Positions 25,883 through 37,162 of a stretch of 64,000 bases of DNA are shown one piece after another (position 1 is the stretch's first letter; each line of letters opens with the position of its first letter). The notes beneath the pieces were generated by a model. The model did no database searches. It saw nothing but the letters and a program-made list of their open reading frames with translations, and was not told where the DNA came from. The stretch is taken from NCBI GenBank assembly GCA_012862495.1, contig BLSG01000410.1, forward strand, positions 135,558-199,557, given 5' to 3'. The position numbers were made by a program, and so were the translations under genes. Source of the DNA: Thraustochytrium aureum. Lineage: Eukaryota.

Positions 25883-27948
25883 CCAAATGACTCGATGGAG
25901 TTCCATGATCAATCAATCAGGATGGAAGAAAGACTGTGACGAGACCGTCAGTCTCCTTCATGCGTCCTTCTTTCCCTCCTCGATTCACCCACCGGAAAGA
26001 AAGAAGAAAAGAAGAAAGGAAGGAAGGAAAGAAGGGAAGAAGGAAGGCAAAAAGGAGGCGGAGAGAAAGCACCGGTCCGCGCCAGTGCGCGTGAGCGAAG
26101 AGCGCAGCAGACACCGAACAGGTCTCGACGCGCGCTCGTGCTGCTCGGCGGCCGGAGCATCGCCCTCGCTGTCGCTGGCGGAGGCGCTGTCGCTGGCGCT
26201 GGCGCTGTCGCGTGCGCGGTCGCTGGCGCGGTTGCTTGCGCGGTTGCTCGCGGAGTCGCTTGCGGAGTCGCTTGCGCNNNNNNNNNNNNNNNNNNNNNNN
26301 NNNNNNNNNNNNNNNNNNNNNNNNNNNNNNNNNNNNNNNNNNNNNNNNNNNNNNNNNNNNNNNNNNNNNNNNNNNNNNNNNNNNNNNNNNNNNNNNNNNN
26401 NNNNNNNNNNNNNNNNNNNNNNNNNNNNNNNNNNNNNNNNNNNNNNNNNNNNNNNNNNNNNNNNNNNNNNNNNNNNNNNNNNNNNNNNNNNNNNNNNNNN
26501 NNNNNNNNNNNNNNNNNNNNNNNNNNNNNNNNNNNNNNNNNNNNNNNNNNNNNNNNNNNNNNNNNNNNNNNNNNNNNNNNNNNNNNNNNNNNNNNNNNNN
26601 NNNNNNNNNNNNNNNNNNNNNNNNNNNNNNNNNNNNNNNNNNNNNNNNNNNNNNNNNNNNNNNNNNNNNNNNNNNNNNNNNNNNNNNNNNNNNNNNNNNN
26701 NNNNNNNNNNNNNNNNNNNNNNNNNNNNNNNNNNNNNNNNNNNNNNNNNNNNNNNNNNNNNNNNNNNNNNNNNNNNNNNNNNNNNNNNNNNNNNNNNNNN
26801 NNNNNNNNNNNNNNNNNNNNNNNNNNNNNNNNNNNNNNNNNNNNNNNNNNNNNNNNNNNNNNNNNNNNNNNNNNNNNNNNNNNNNNNNNNNNNNNNNNNN
26901 NNNNNNNNNNNNNNNNNNNNNNNNNNNNNNNNNNNNNNNNNNNNNNNNNNNNNNNNNNNNNNNNNNNNNNNNNNNNNNNNNNNNNNNNNNNNNNNNNNNN
27001 NNNNNNNNNNNNNNNNNNNNNNNNNNNNNNNNNNNNNNNNNNNNNNNNNNNNNNNNNNNNNNNNNNNNNNNNNNNNNNNNNNNNNNNNNNNNNNNNNNNN
27101 NNNNNNNNNNNNNNNNNNNNNNNNNNNNNNNNNNNNNNNNNNNNNNNNNNNNNNNNNNNNNNNNNNNNNNNNNNNNNNNNNNNNNNNNNNNNNNNNNNNN
27201 NNNNNNNNNNNNNNNNNNNNNNNNNNNNNNNNNNNNNNNNNNNNNNNNNNNNACTTTGAGTGAGGCGCCGCTGTGGGCTGCTCGGCCCGCACGCGCTTTT
27301 TTTATTTATTTGATCAAGATCAAGATCGGTGGCTGGAATCGGTGGCGGGAATCGGCGGCGGAAACCCTTTCGCGTCGGCACCGGCCGCCGCTGCCGTGGC
27401 CCTTGTAATAGCCCTCCTCCGTCCCCGTGGCCGGGTCTCAATAGACCGTCCAATTGTCAGCCGTAGACTCGCCACACAACCATCTTGCTTCCATCTCCCT
27501 GTAAAGCTAGACCTCGATGGCGAACGCAATGGCGAACGCACGCAACCTGCTTGCACAACAGGGTCCAACTCGCAACTTCGGTTCGGCAGTGTCATCTCGC
27601 TCAAAGACGCACCAACCACACTGCCTCGATCAAGTTCGTCCCGGCGCTCGAGCTCCAGGGGGCATGGGACGAATGCATGCGAAAGCTCAAGCTGGAAGAT
27701 ACTGCACAAAAGGAGCGCCGTTTCTTTGTCTCTTTGTCTATTTGTCTGCATGCAGCGGCACGTGGCGTGGACAAGAGGAGTGGCCAGCCCCTCACTCGTG
27801 CATTCGATCGGCAACCTTGAAGGCATCCGCTCTACATGCTGCGCTCAAAAGACGCAGCAGTGGAGTACCCTATCTGTATTCCCAAGTCCTGCGGGGAGCG
27901 CCCGCGATACCGGTCCTCGCCCTCGCGCACCGCGGCTCGCATCGGCGC

Positions 27949-28614
27949 TCATTCGTCCAGCAGGATCTTGATCTTGCCGCGCTGCAGCAGCTTGATGTCA
28001 TTCTCGATGAGCTGCATCTCTTTCTCGAAGCGCTCCTTGAGCTTGTTCTTGGACAGGGACTCTGCGCCTCCGCAAGTGCGTTGGTAAGACTTGTTGATCG
28101 CACCCCACTTGCGCTTGAGGTCTTTGATGAGCGCTTCCCGGTCCGCGTCCGCCATCGATTCGACAGCCTGGCCGCCCATCTCGCTCAACTTGGCGTCCTC
28201 AAAGTACTCGCGCAGCAGCTCCGTCTCCAACTCCATCTGCTCCTTGACTTTGTTAAGGTAAGCCGGGCGCTTGCCGTAGTCTTTCTTGTCCACGTATCGC
28301 TCGATCTTTTGGTTTCCGCCACGCGGCTTTTCAGCAAGCCGCTTGCCGTTGAGGATGACTTGCACAGCGTTTGCGACGATAAAGTTCTTGGTCGACGCCA
28401 TCCCGTGCTGCGGTTTCTCGTGTCGCCGAGGCACTGTCGGCCTGCGCTCCGGCTTGAGCTCTTTCGGCACCTCGGTCGGGGCATTCTTGGTGAACGTTGA
28501 GTAGCTCGGCGCCGCCTTGGGGTCGAACGAGCTCTTGTACTTGGGTCTTCGCGACCGCGATGCCACAGCGCGCTCCTCCTCTTCCGCCACCCAGTCACGC
28601 AAGTTCTCGCTCAT
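27949..28614 (-). CDS. ENKUR: Enkurin (flagellar/ciliary microtubule inner protein)
   Basis: KNFIVANAVQVI, YVDKKDYGKRPAYLNKVK, LIKDLKRKWGAINKSYQ and KERFEKEMQLIENDIKLL match the enkurin domain. ATG at 28614. Confidence 0.85.
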   Translation of the reverse strand: MSENLRDWVAEEEERAVASRSRRPKYKSSFDPKAAPSYSTFTKNAPTEVPKELKPERRPTVPRRHEKPQHGMASTKNFIVANAVQVILNGKRLAEKPRGGNQKIERYVDKKDYGKRPAYLNKVKEQMELETELLREYFEDAKLSEMGGQAVESMADADREALIKDLKRKWGAINKSYQRTCGGAESLSKNKLKERFEKEMQLIENDIKLLQRGKIKILLDE

Positions 28615-29469
28615 CTCGACGACCAAACAGCGCCGCCTCAAAAAAACTTGGCGTCGTTGGCCGCCGGCGCCTCGCGCGTCTGCCCGCTCCTCTTCGGGCG
28701 ACTTTTCTCCACCTCTGCACCAACGACTGCTCTACTTGCTGGTGCTGCTGCTCGTGCTGCTGCTGGACCTGCTGCTGGACCTGCTGGTGGTGCTGGAGCT
28801 GCTGGAGCTGCTGGCGGGGATCTGCTTCACAGTCGCATTGGCGTGCCGTCGTGTCTCGTTTCGTGGTTGATTTGGTCAAACTCCGCGCGGCGCACTACGA
28901 AACTCCAACGGATCAAACGCCAACCAGCGAACAAAGAACTCTACAATACCTTAAAATCAATGCAGTTCGTAACGGTCAGCTGCATCCGAAGGAGGAGCAG
29001 CGGCCTGATTGCCGATGCGCGAGTCCGTGCGTGCATTCATTGCTCCNNNNNNNNNNNNNNNNNNNNNNNNNNNNNNNNNNNNNNNNNNNNNNNNNNNNNN
29101 NNNNNNNNNNNNNNNNNNNNNNNNNNNNNNNNNNNNNNNNNNNNNNNNNNNNNNNNNNNNNNNNNNNNNNNNNNNNNNNNNNNNNNNNNNNNNNNNNNNN
29201 NNNNNNNNNNNNNNNNNNNNNNNNNNNNNNNNNNNNNNNNNNNNNNNNNNNNNNNNNNNNNNNNNNNNNNNNNNNNNNNNNNNNNNNNNNNNNNNNNNNN
29301 NNNNNNNNNNNNNNNNNNNNNNNNNNNNNNNNNNNNNNNNNNNNNNNNNNNNNNNNNNNNNNNNNNNNNNNNNNNNNNNNNNNNNNNNNNNNNNNNNNNN
29401 NNNNNNNNNNNNNNNNNNNNNNNNNNNNNNNNNNNNNNNNNNNNNNNNNNNNNNNNNNNNNNNNNNNNN

Positions 29470-30013
29470 CGATGGCGCCGACGAGCTTCGACGCCGAGCA
29501 TGGGCCGGAGTGCATGCTTGACGGGTGAGTCGCTGGAGGACGTGCAGGGGTGAGGTGCCGGGCGCGGGCTGACACAGCGCGGGGCGGCGCAGGAATGAGA
29601 GGTCGTTCTGGATGACGACTGGGCTGTTTCCGCAAGAGGTGATCATCGCCATGGACCACGCGTCGCTCATCTCCAAGATCACTATCAAGTGCACGAACGG
29701 TACGTCCGCGCAGCCGCGTTCGCAGCGCGAAAGGCCGTCGGACTTGTCTCGAGAACTAACGATGGCTACTGCGCAGTGCAAAAGGTCGAGTTTCTCGGCT
29801 CCAATGACGCGTCCTCGCCGACGTCCTGGGCAGTGCTCGCCGAGTGCGACCTCCCGGATACGGACGGCCAGATCCAGGTTGAGTCCTGCGCGATTTCGCG
29901 CGATGCAGGCTCGGGCATAAATGGACATCAGCTTCGTCAAGGTTCGGCTGTTGAGCGGGTGGGACGACTTTGCCAGCGTTCAAGCTGTGCACGTCGTTGG
30001 CCGCGAGGACTAG
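29470..30013 (+). CDS. IFT25: Intraflagellar transport protein 25 (HSPB11); 5' end in gap, two introns
   Basis: Spliced product TSFDAEHGPECMLDG|NERSFWMTTGLFPQEVII...CTN|VQKVEF...DTDGQIQVE...ISFVKVRLLSGWDDFASVQAVHVVG. Introns at 29525-29592 and 29700-29776 (GT..AG). One extra A in the run at 29919-29921. TAG at 30011-30013. Confidence 0.88.
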
Positions 30014-30092
30014 CGAAGCCCATCGCCAGGCTATTGTGAAGACCTACCTTCCACCTATCGAACAGAATCGTCGTGCGCCCTAATACTTGTTT

Positions 30093-31320
30093 TCAGTTGT
30101 TTTTACAATATCCCTCCTCCGCAGCCGGGCTCTGGCGGCGCGGCCTTTCATGCAGCCCGAGCGCATCGAGAAGCGCCTCGTCGGCGGCTCGGCCGCCCTC
30201 CAGGGCCAGCCTCGAGCATAGCACCATGCATTCCCCAGCTCGATCGCCAAAGCCTGCGCGCAAGAGATCAAGACTCCGTGCAGCGTCCTTCTCAGTGGTC
30301 ACGAGCAAGCCCGGCCCATCCTCATCGTCGCGCTGCGAAGCGAGGTCGCTCAGCGCTGCGATATCCTCAACCCCGAACGCGTGATGGTCCGCAAAGTCCA
30401 TAACCGCGACGCGAGTTGCGCAGCCGCCGAACAGGTCGCGGAGCGCTGCTTGAAACGACTCGGGGCTCCCGACGCCGCAAAACCCAATCACGCCGCGCCG
30501 TTGCCCAGGCGAGCGCAGGACGCGGCTGGCTCTGAAGCGGTCGAGCCTCGGCCCGGTGTTCGCTACCCGCGCAGCGTTGTAGCCAGTGAGCGGCACAAGC
30601 TCAAGGGGGACCATCCTCGACCTGAGGACTAGTGTGCCCTCGCGAGTCGCCAACTGCACACGCCGCACTATATCGGCAGCTCGAGGCGCTGAAACAAGGT
30701 TGGCATGATGGATTACCACCACAGAGGCGCGCGAGAGCGCCACCGACCAGGGCTCGCGCAGCGCCCCGCCCGGGACGACCCTCGAGTAAGCCCCGTCCAT
30801 TCCCTGCAGGGCGTTGACCATCACAAGGTCGGCGTCGCGCTGCACTGCCCAGTGCTGGAGTCCGTCATCCAGCACGCACAAGTCAACATCTGCGTGGCGA
30901 GCGAGCACACGCGCGGCTGCGGCGACTCGATTCGACCCGATGCCGACCACAGCAGTGGAACGCAGCGCCGCCTGCAGCATCCCTGCCTCGTCTGCGCCGT
31001 ATCCGCGCGTCAGGACCATCGGGCGCCAGCCTCGGGATGCAGCTAGCGCGCACAGCGTCTACGCCGCCGCACGGGGCGCGGGCATGGTTAGCTCCACTGC
31101 AGAGCCCAGCGTACGTCACTGTGCACGCCCGCGACAAACATTCGAGCAAACATACCTGGACCATCGGCGTCTTGCCCGTGCCGCCAAGGGCGGCGTTTCC
31201 CACGCTCACCGTGCGCGCGACAGGCAGCCGCTCACAGCGCAGAATCCCGCGGGCATGCAGCCACCTATCCAGCGCGGTGCCAGCCTCCCACAAAGCCGAG
31301 GCGGCTCGCGGCACTGCTTG
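30093..31320 (-). CDS. lpxK: Tetraacyldisaccharide 4'-kinase (lipid A 4'-kinase); one intron, 5' end in gap
   Basis: SVGNAALGGTGKTPMV (P-loop), LTRGYG, LDDGLQH, GALREP, FCGVGSPESF, FADHHAF and VTTEKDAAR. Removing intron 31059-31155 (GTATGT...GCTAAC...TAG) restores the frame. Confidence 0.92.
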
Positions 31321-32109
31321 NNNNNNNNNNNNNNNNNNNNNNNNNNNNNNNNNNNNNNNNNNNNNNNNNNNNNNNNNNNNNNNNNNNNNNNNNNNNNNNN
31401 NNNNNNNNNNNNNNNNNNNNNNNNNNNNNNNNNNNNNNNNNNNNNNNNNNNNNNNNNNNNNNNNNNNNNNNNNNNNNNNNNNNNNNNNNNNNNNNNNNNN
31501 NNNNNNNNNNNNNNNNNNNNNNNNNNNNNNNNNNNNNNNNNNNNNNNNNNNNNNNNNNNNNNNNNNNNNNNNNNNNNNNNNNNNNNNNNNNNNNNNNNNN
31601 NNNNNNNNNNNNNNNNNNNNNNNNNNNNNNNNNNNNNNNNNNNNNNNNNNNNNNNNNNNNNNNNNNNNNNNNNNNNNNNNNNNNNNNNNNNNNNNNNNNN
31701 NNNNNNNNNNNNNNNNNNNNNNNNNNNNNNNNNNNNNNNNNNNNNNNNNNNNNNNNNNNNNNNNNNNNNNNNNNNNNNNNNNNNNNNNNNNNNNNNNNNN
31801 NNNNNNNNNNNNNNNNNNNNNNNNNNNNNNNNNNNNNNNNNNNNNNNNNNNNNNNNNNNNNNNNNNNNNNNNNNNNNNNNNNNNNNNNNNNNNNNNNNNN
31901 NNNNNNNNNNNNNNNNNNNNNNNNNNNNNNNNNNNNNNNNNNNNNNNNNNNNNNNNNNNNNNNNNNNNNNNNNNNNNNNNNNNNNNNNNNNNNNNNNNNN
32001 NNNNNNNNNNNNNNNNNNNNNNNNNNNNNNNNNNNNNNNNNNNNNNNNNNNNNNNNNNNNNNNNNNNNNNNNNNNNNNNNNNNNNNNNNNNNNNNNNNNN
32101 NNNNNNNNN

Positions 32110-35100
32110 GCGCGCAGGACGTGGCCTCCTCGGGGCGCTTGTCGTGGCGGACGCGCTTGAAGCGCGGGAAGCGCAGCGAGAGGCCCAGGTCGGATCCCGG
32201 CACGAGGCCCTCGGCGGCGCGGTGGTTTGGCGAGAGCGTGAGCTCTGCGGCGCGCACCTCCCAGACCTGGCTGGCGCGAAACCACGCCGAGGGGCGCAGC
32301 GTGCTCACGTAGTGCGGGGGCTGCCGGGCCAGCGTGCGGGGCTCGCCGTCGGCGTCGGCCGCCGCGAAGAAGGCGCTCTGCTCAGCGTAAAACTCATCCG
32401 AGAACCCGCTCATTACCTTGCAGACCGTGCGGAAGCACTCGGTGTCTTCGTCGTAGGCCGCGAGGAGGAACGGGGACCACCACTTGCTCTTGCGGCCCGA
32501 CCCGTGCCACGCGCCGATCACGACGAGGTCGACCGTGTCGCCCAGACCGCCGCCGACCAACCTCGCGGGGCCGAGTCCAGCGCCCGCCCCCGCCTCGCCG
32601 TCCTCCTGCTCAGCTTCGGCCTGCTCCTCAACGTAGTCTTGCTTGAGCTTGAGCCACGCCGTGCTGCGCTTGTTTGGCTCGTATGTGGCCTCGGCCGCGT
32701 CAAGCAGCTTGGCCATCAGCCCTTCGCACTTGGCGTCGAGCGACTGCTGCATAAACCCCATGACCTCCGCAGCGAGATGGCCGCTCTCTTCGGCGCCCTG
32801 CACCGCAGCAAAGTCGCGAGACTCGACTTGGCTGTACTTGCCGAGCAGCGGCTGAAAGTTCTCTGCAAGCAGCTCTCGACGCCTCCGCAGCGGCTCGTCC
32901 ACGAGCGAGGCCCCGTTCAGCTCGATCAGGTCGAACGCAAACACGGCAACAGCAACATTCTCGCCCGCAGGAAGGGCAACCGTTGCTGCTGAGCCCCGCG
33001 CGGCCTCGTTTGAAGCGGATGCGGCCACCGCGAGTGCTGTCGCAGCAGCTTCCGAGGGAACTCCTTCGCCGTTTCGGGACCGCGTGCTGAGTTGCTGGAA
33101 CGGCAAGATCGTCACCGTGTCCCCCAGACCGGTCAACGGCGACCACCTCGGCGTCCACAATGTACGAGCGAACGTTGGGCTTGGCCACAAGCTTCATTAT
33201 GGCTGCCACGTCAGGGAACTTTGCAGTGTTGCTCTTGCAGTGACGGCTAAAGATCTCAAACTCGCCGCTCGAGCAGAGGTGGAGCTGCACACGCTGTCCG
33301 TCGTACTTGAACTCGCAGGTAAAGGCTCCTTTGCCAGCAAACGCGTTGATAAACTCCGCTGCCCCATGGCACACCTGTGCCAGCATGGGGCGAACTGGCG
33401 TCCCCGGCGACNNNNNNNNNNNNNNNNNNNNNNNNNNNNNNNNNNNNNNNNNNNNNNNNNNNNNNNNNNNNNNNNNNNNNNNNNNNNNNNNNNNNNNNNN
33501 NNNNNNNNNNNNNNNNNNNNNNNNNNNNNNNNNNNNNNNNNNNNNNNNNNNNNNNNNNNNNNNNNNNNNNNNNNNNNNNNNNNNNNNNNNNNNNNNNNNN
33601 NNNNNNNNNNNNNNNNNNNNNNNNNNNNNNNNNNNNNNNNNNNNNNNNNNNNNNNNNNNNNNNNNNNNNNNNNNNNNNNNNNNNNNNNNNNNNNNNNNNN
33701 NNNNNNNNNNNNNNNNNNNNNNNNNNNNNNNNNNNNNNNNNNNNNNNNNNNNNNNNNNNNNNNNNNNNNNNNNNNNNNNNNNNNNNNNNNNNNNNNNNNN
33801 NNNNNNNNNNNNNNNNNNNNNNNNNNNNNNNNNNNNNNNNNNNNNNNNNNNNNNNNNNNNNNNNNNNNNNNNNNNNNNNNNNNNNNNNNNNNNNNNNNNN
33901 NNNNNNNNNNNNNNNNNNNNNNNNNNNNNNNNNNNNNNNNNNNNNNNNNNNNNNNNNNNNNNNNNNNNNNNNNNNNNNNNNNNNNNNNNNNNNNNNNNNN
34001 NNNNNNNNNNNNNNNNNNNNNNNNNNNNNNCTCCGGGCGCTGAACTTGCGCTTGCAACAGTTTTGCGCCGCTTGGCCGGGGGCGGGGGCGGGCTTGGCGC
34101 TGTCCGTTGCGACGGCGGCCCGCCACTGTTGCTGGCGCCCGCGCTGGCGTTGCGGGCGCTGCCGCATATTTCGCAGCACGAAGGCGAGCTCCTCGAATTG
34201 TTTTCAAATGTGCAGCGCGAGCAGGCCCAGGTGTCCGCCCGCTCTTTCGCCGGCCGCCCTACAACGGCAGGCGGCGGCGCAGCAGGTTCCTCCTCGCGGC
34301 GGCCGGGCGAGTCATGTAGGGCAGCCTCGACGAGATCGATGACCTCCAGCTTTGCGGTACTGTGCGAGCCAACCTGTTCGCCCTCCAACGGGCTTCGCTC
34401 GGGCTCCTTGTCGGCACCGGTAGCAGAGTCCGCCGCGCTCGCCGCCGCCTCGAAAGGCCTTTCCGGGGCCTCCTCAAAAGCCGCCCCCGAGCTTCTAAAC
34501 CCCTGGAAGAAGCGCTGCTTGCTCTTGCGGTCGTCGATCAGGTTTCGGAAACGGTGCACAATCGCCCTGTAGTGCTTCTGGTCCGAGAAGACGGTGGGCA
34601 CGACCTCGCGCGGCTTGAGGAACCCCACAAACTCTTCGAGCTCGGCAAAGTTGCTGTGCTCAGAATAGGCAACGATGTTGACGCTGATCGATCCAGAGTC
34701 GTCCAAGCGCACAGCGTTCCGCTTGTTGTAGTTTGAGGAGTGCGCCCAACCGGTGGGGATAAGCGCGAACACGCGGTCGAACTCGACGCCGCGCTCGCTC
34801 CGGAGCTGGTCCACGTAGGCGCGGACGTTCCCAAAATTGGGCTGAAAGTACGGCCAAATGGCCCCAACGGTGCCCATCGGGCACACGTGGACTGGTGCGG
34901 AGGGGTCGTCGCAGTAAAGGGCCATCTTTTCAGGCGGTAGGTCGAGGCATGCCATGACGCGGCGCTTGCGCTCTTCAAGATAGACGCGGCGAAATCCCAT
35001 CGCCTCGCAGAGCCCAAACACGACGCGCTCCTTGCCGATCGTGTAGGCCGAGACGAGCACCAACGTGCGCGCAGCAGCGTCTTGCTGCTGGAACGAGCGC

Positions 35101-35762
35101 AGCCCGTCCACGGCGCGCTGGATCGTCTCCTGCTGCGTGGGGAACACGTGATTCGGGTGCGCGTACGTGGTGTCCAGAAACACGGTGTCAATCCGGTGCC
35201 GCGCCTCAACGAGCGCTGGAACCTGCTGCATCTCTGGCGAGTAGCGCATATCTCCGCAGTGTAGGAACAGCGCGCCGTCGCTGCGCTGTACAAGTAGCAG
35301 TACAGCGCCGGGGCAGTGGTTGGCATCGATCAGCGTGACCTGAAAGCCCTCAAACTGGACGGGCTCGCCGAGCGGGTGAGGTTGCACGAGGTCGGCGCTC
35401 ACCTCCATTACCGAGACAAGCAGCGCGGCAGTGACCTTGGAGCAGTGCACAACGGCGTCCTTCCAGTCCTTGGAGAGCCCAGAGTAGTGGTCGCCATGAA
35501 AGTGCGAGAGAAAGCGAACGAGGCCCTTGCAGGGGTCATCGTCGCCAAGGTCCTGGTCCAGCCCCTCCTCCTCCTGCTGCTGCTCCTGCTCCTGCTCCTG
35601 CTGCTGCTCCTGCTCCTGCTGCTGCTCCTGCTCCTCCTCGGCCGCGGCCCTTCCCCTGCGACTGCGGCGCCGCAGCTCTTTGCGCAGCGCGGCGTTCGAC
35701 CTGAAGCAGTCCACGAGGCATCGCGTGCCGGGCACGAGCTTGGTCCTCAGCGCGCCATTCAT
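32110..35762 (-). CDS. LIG6: DNA ligase 6-like protein: SNM1/Artemis-type MBL/beta-CASP nuclease + RanBP2-type zinc finger + ATP-dependent DNA ligase
   Basis: FLSHFHGDHYSGL, DANHCPGA, HCGDMR, FLDTTY and YSEHSNFAEL (nuclease); WACSRCTFEN..CEIC; PVRPMLA, motif I EFKYDGQR, FDLIELNG, CEGLMAK, WLKLKQDY and SLRFPRF (ligase). Gap 33412-34030, extra G at 33121-33125, C-terminus in gap. Confidence 0.88.
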
Positions 35763-36122
35763 CCCTGCCCGCGGCTCGAGCGCGTACGCGGCGGGTGGCC
35801 TGGAGGCCGCGCCGTGGCGCCGGCTGCGCTCTCCGCCGCTACTCGCTGGCCGGCGCCTGCTGTCTGCCGGACGGGCAACGTGGGACTGCACAACGAGGCT
35901 GAGGGGTTGCTCAAGGACGTGGGCCCGCGGCGAGCTTCAATCAAGGCCGGTCGATTGGGATGGGATGGAGATGGATGGCATGGAGTTGGATCGGGCGGAT
36001 GCTGGTCGCTTTGTGGCGAAATGCGGGCGCAGATCTCGGCGTGGCCCGGGGTTTGTGCTGAAGGCTAGGTGGGCGCCGAGCGGTGCAGGTCGCGCGCTCG
36101 CGGGGCCGCTCCGCGGGTCGGC

Positions 36123-36599
36123 TTACTCGTAGACAAACATGTCCTGGGGGCGCTCGTACTTGTTGAGGCCCTCCGGGAACCAGAGCTCGATCTCAGCCTT
36201 GGCGCTCTCGACGGAGTCCGAGCCGTGGCACACGTTGCGGCCGACGTGGACGCAAAAGTCGCCGCGGATGGTGCCGGGGGCCGAGTCCTTCGGGTTGGTC
36301 TCGCCGAGCATGACGCGGCCGGTCTTGACGACGTTGAGGCCCTCCCAGACCATGGCAACGACGGGGCCCATCATCATGTACTCGATGAGGCCGCCGAAGA
36401 AGGGCTTGGAGGACAGGTCGGCGTAGTGCTTCTCGAGGTGGTCCTTGGTGGGGGTCACCATCTTGAGGGCAACGAGCTTGAAGCCCTTGGCCTCGAAGCG
36501 CGCCAGGATCTGGCCGACCAGGTTGCGCTGGACGCCGTCCGGCTTGATCATGATGTAGGTGAGCTCGCGCTCCATCGACTCGATCGAGGCACCGGCCAT
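36123..36599 (-). CDS. NDK: Nucleoside diphosphate kinase (group I)
   Basis: [34 protein letters not shown] and catalytic RNVCHGSDS. Confidence 0.97.
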   Translation of the reverse strand: MAGASIESMERELTYIMIKPDGVQRNLVGQILARFEAKGFKLVALKMVTPTKDHLEKHYADLSSKPFFGGLIEYMMMGPVVAMVWEGLNVVKTGRVMLGETNPKDSAPGTIRGDFCVHVGRNVCHGSDSVESAKAEIELWFPEGLNKYERPQDMFVYE

Positions 36600-37162
36600 T
36601 TTCCTTGTTGGGGCTTGTTTGGGAGGTTCCTGCAGAGCTGGGCGCCGGCCGTTCGTTAGTTTTTGCTTCTGAGCGAGCGAGGCTTGGAGCTGGCAAGTCG
36701 GAGGAGACGGCCGGCAGGCCCCAGCCGGCAGGCCCCACCCCAGCCGGATCCCGGGCAAACGAGGCGATACGGCAGGGCGGCTCAGCGGCTGAGGTTGCCT
36801 GGCCGCGGGCGTGTCAACTTACGGGTTGCGTGCGTGCGTGCGTGAGAGCGAGCGAGAGTGCGAGAGAGCGTGCTGGGCGGATGCGAGTCTGGCCGCAAAT
36901 TGTGGTGGCTGCCAGCCGTGCGCCTGGCAGCCACAACCTCAAGATACTCGGCTTACGTGCAGAAGCTCGTACCCGCGTCTGCATGACGTCACCATGGCGA
37001 ATCTTCTCGATCATCGAGCGCAACGTGGGGGGCCTGTCTCGTCACAGCATGACTGACAGCGACTGCGCGGCACGCTGGGGTCCTGGTGACTGGAGGCCAC
37101 GAGTACAGAAAAAAAACAGTTCAGAGATCCTACACAACAACAACACAACAAACAACAAATGA

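Noticed and set aside
28595..28879. Gln-rich 94-aa ORF upstream of enkurin
   Set aside because: It arises from a CTG-rich repeat, has a non-ATG start and has no recognisable domain.
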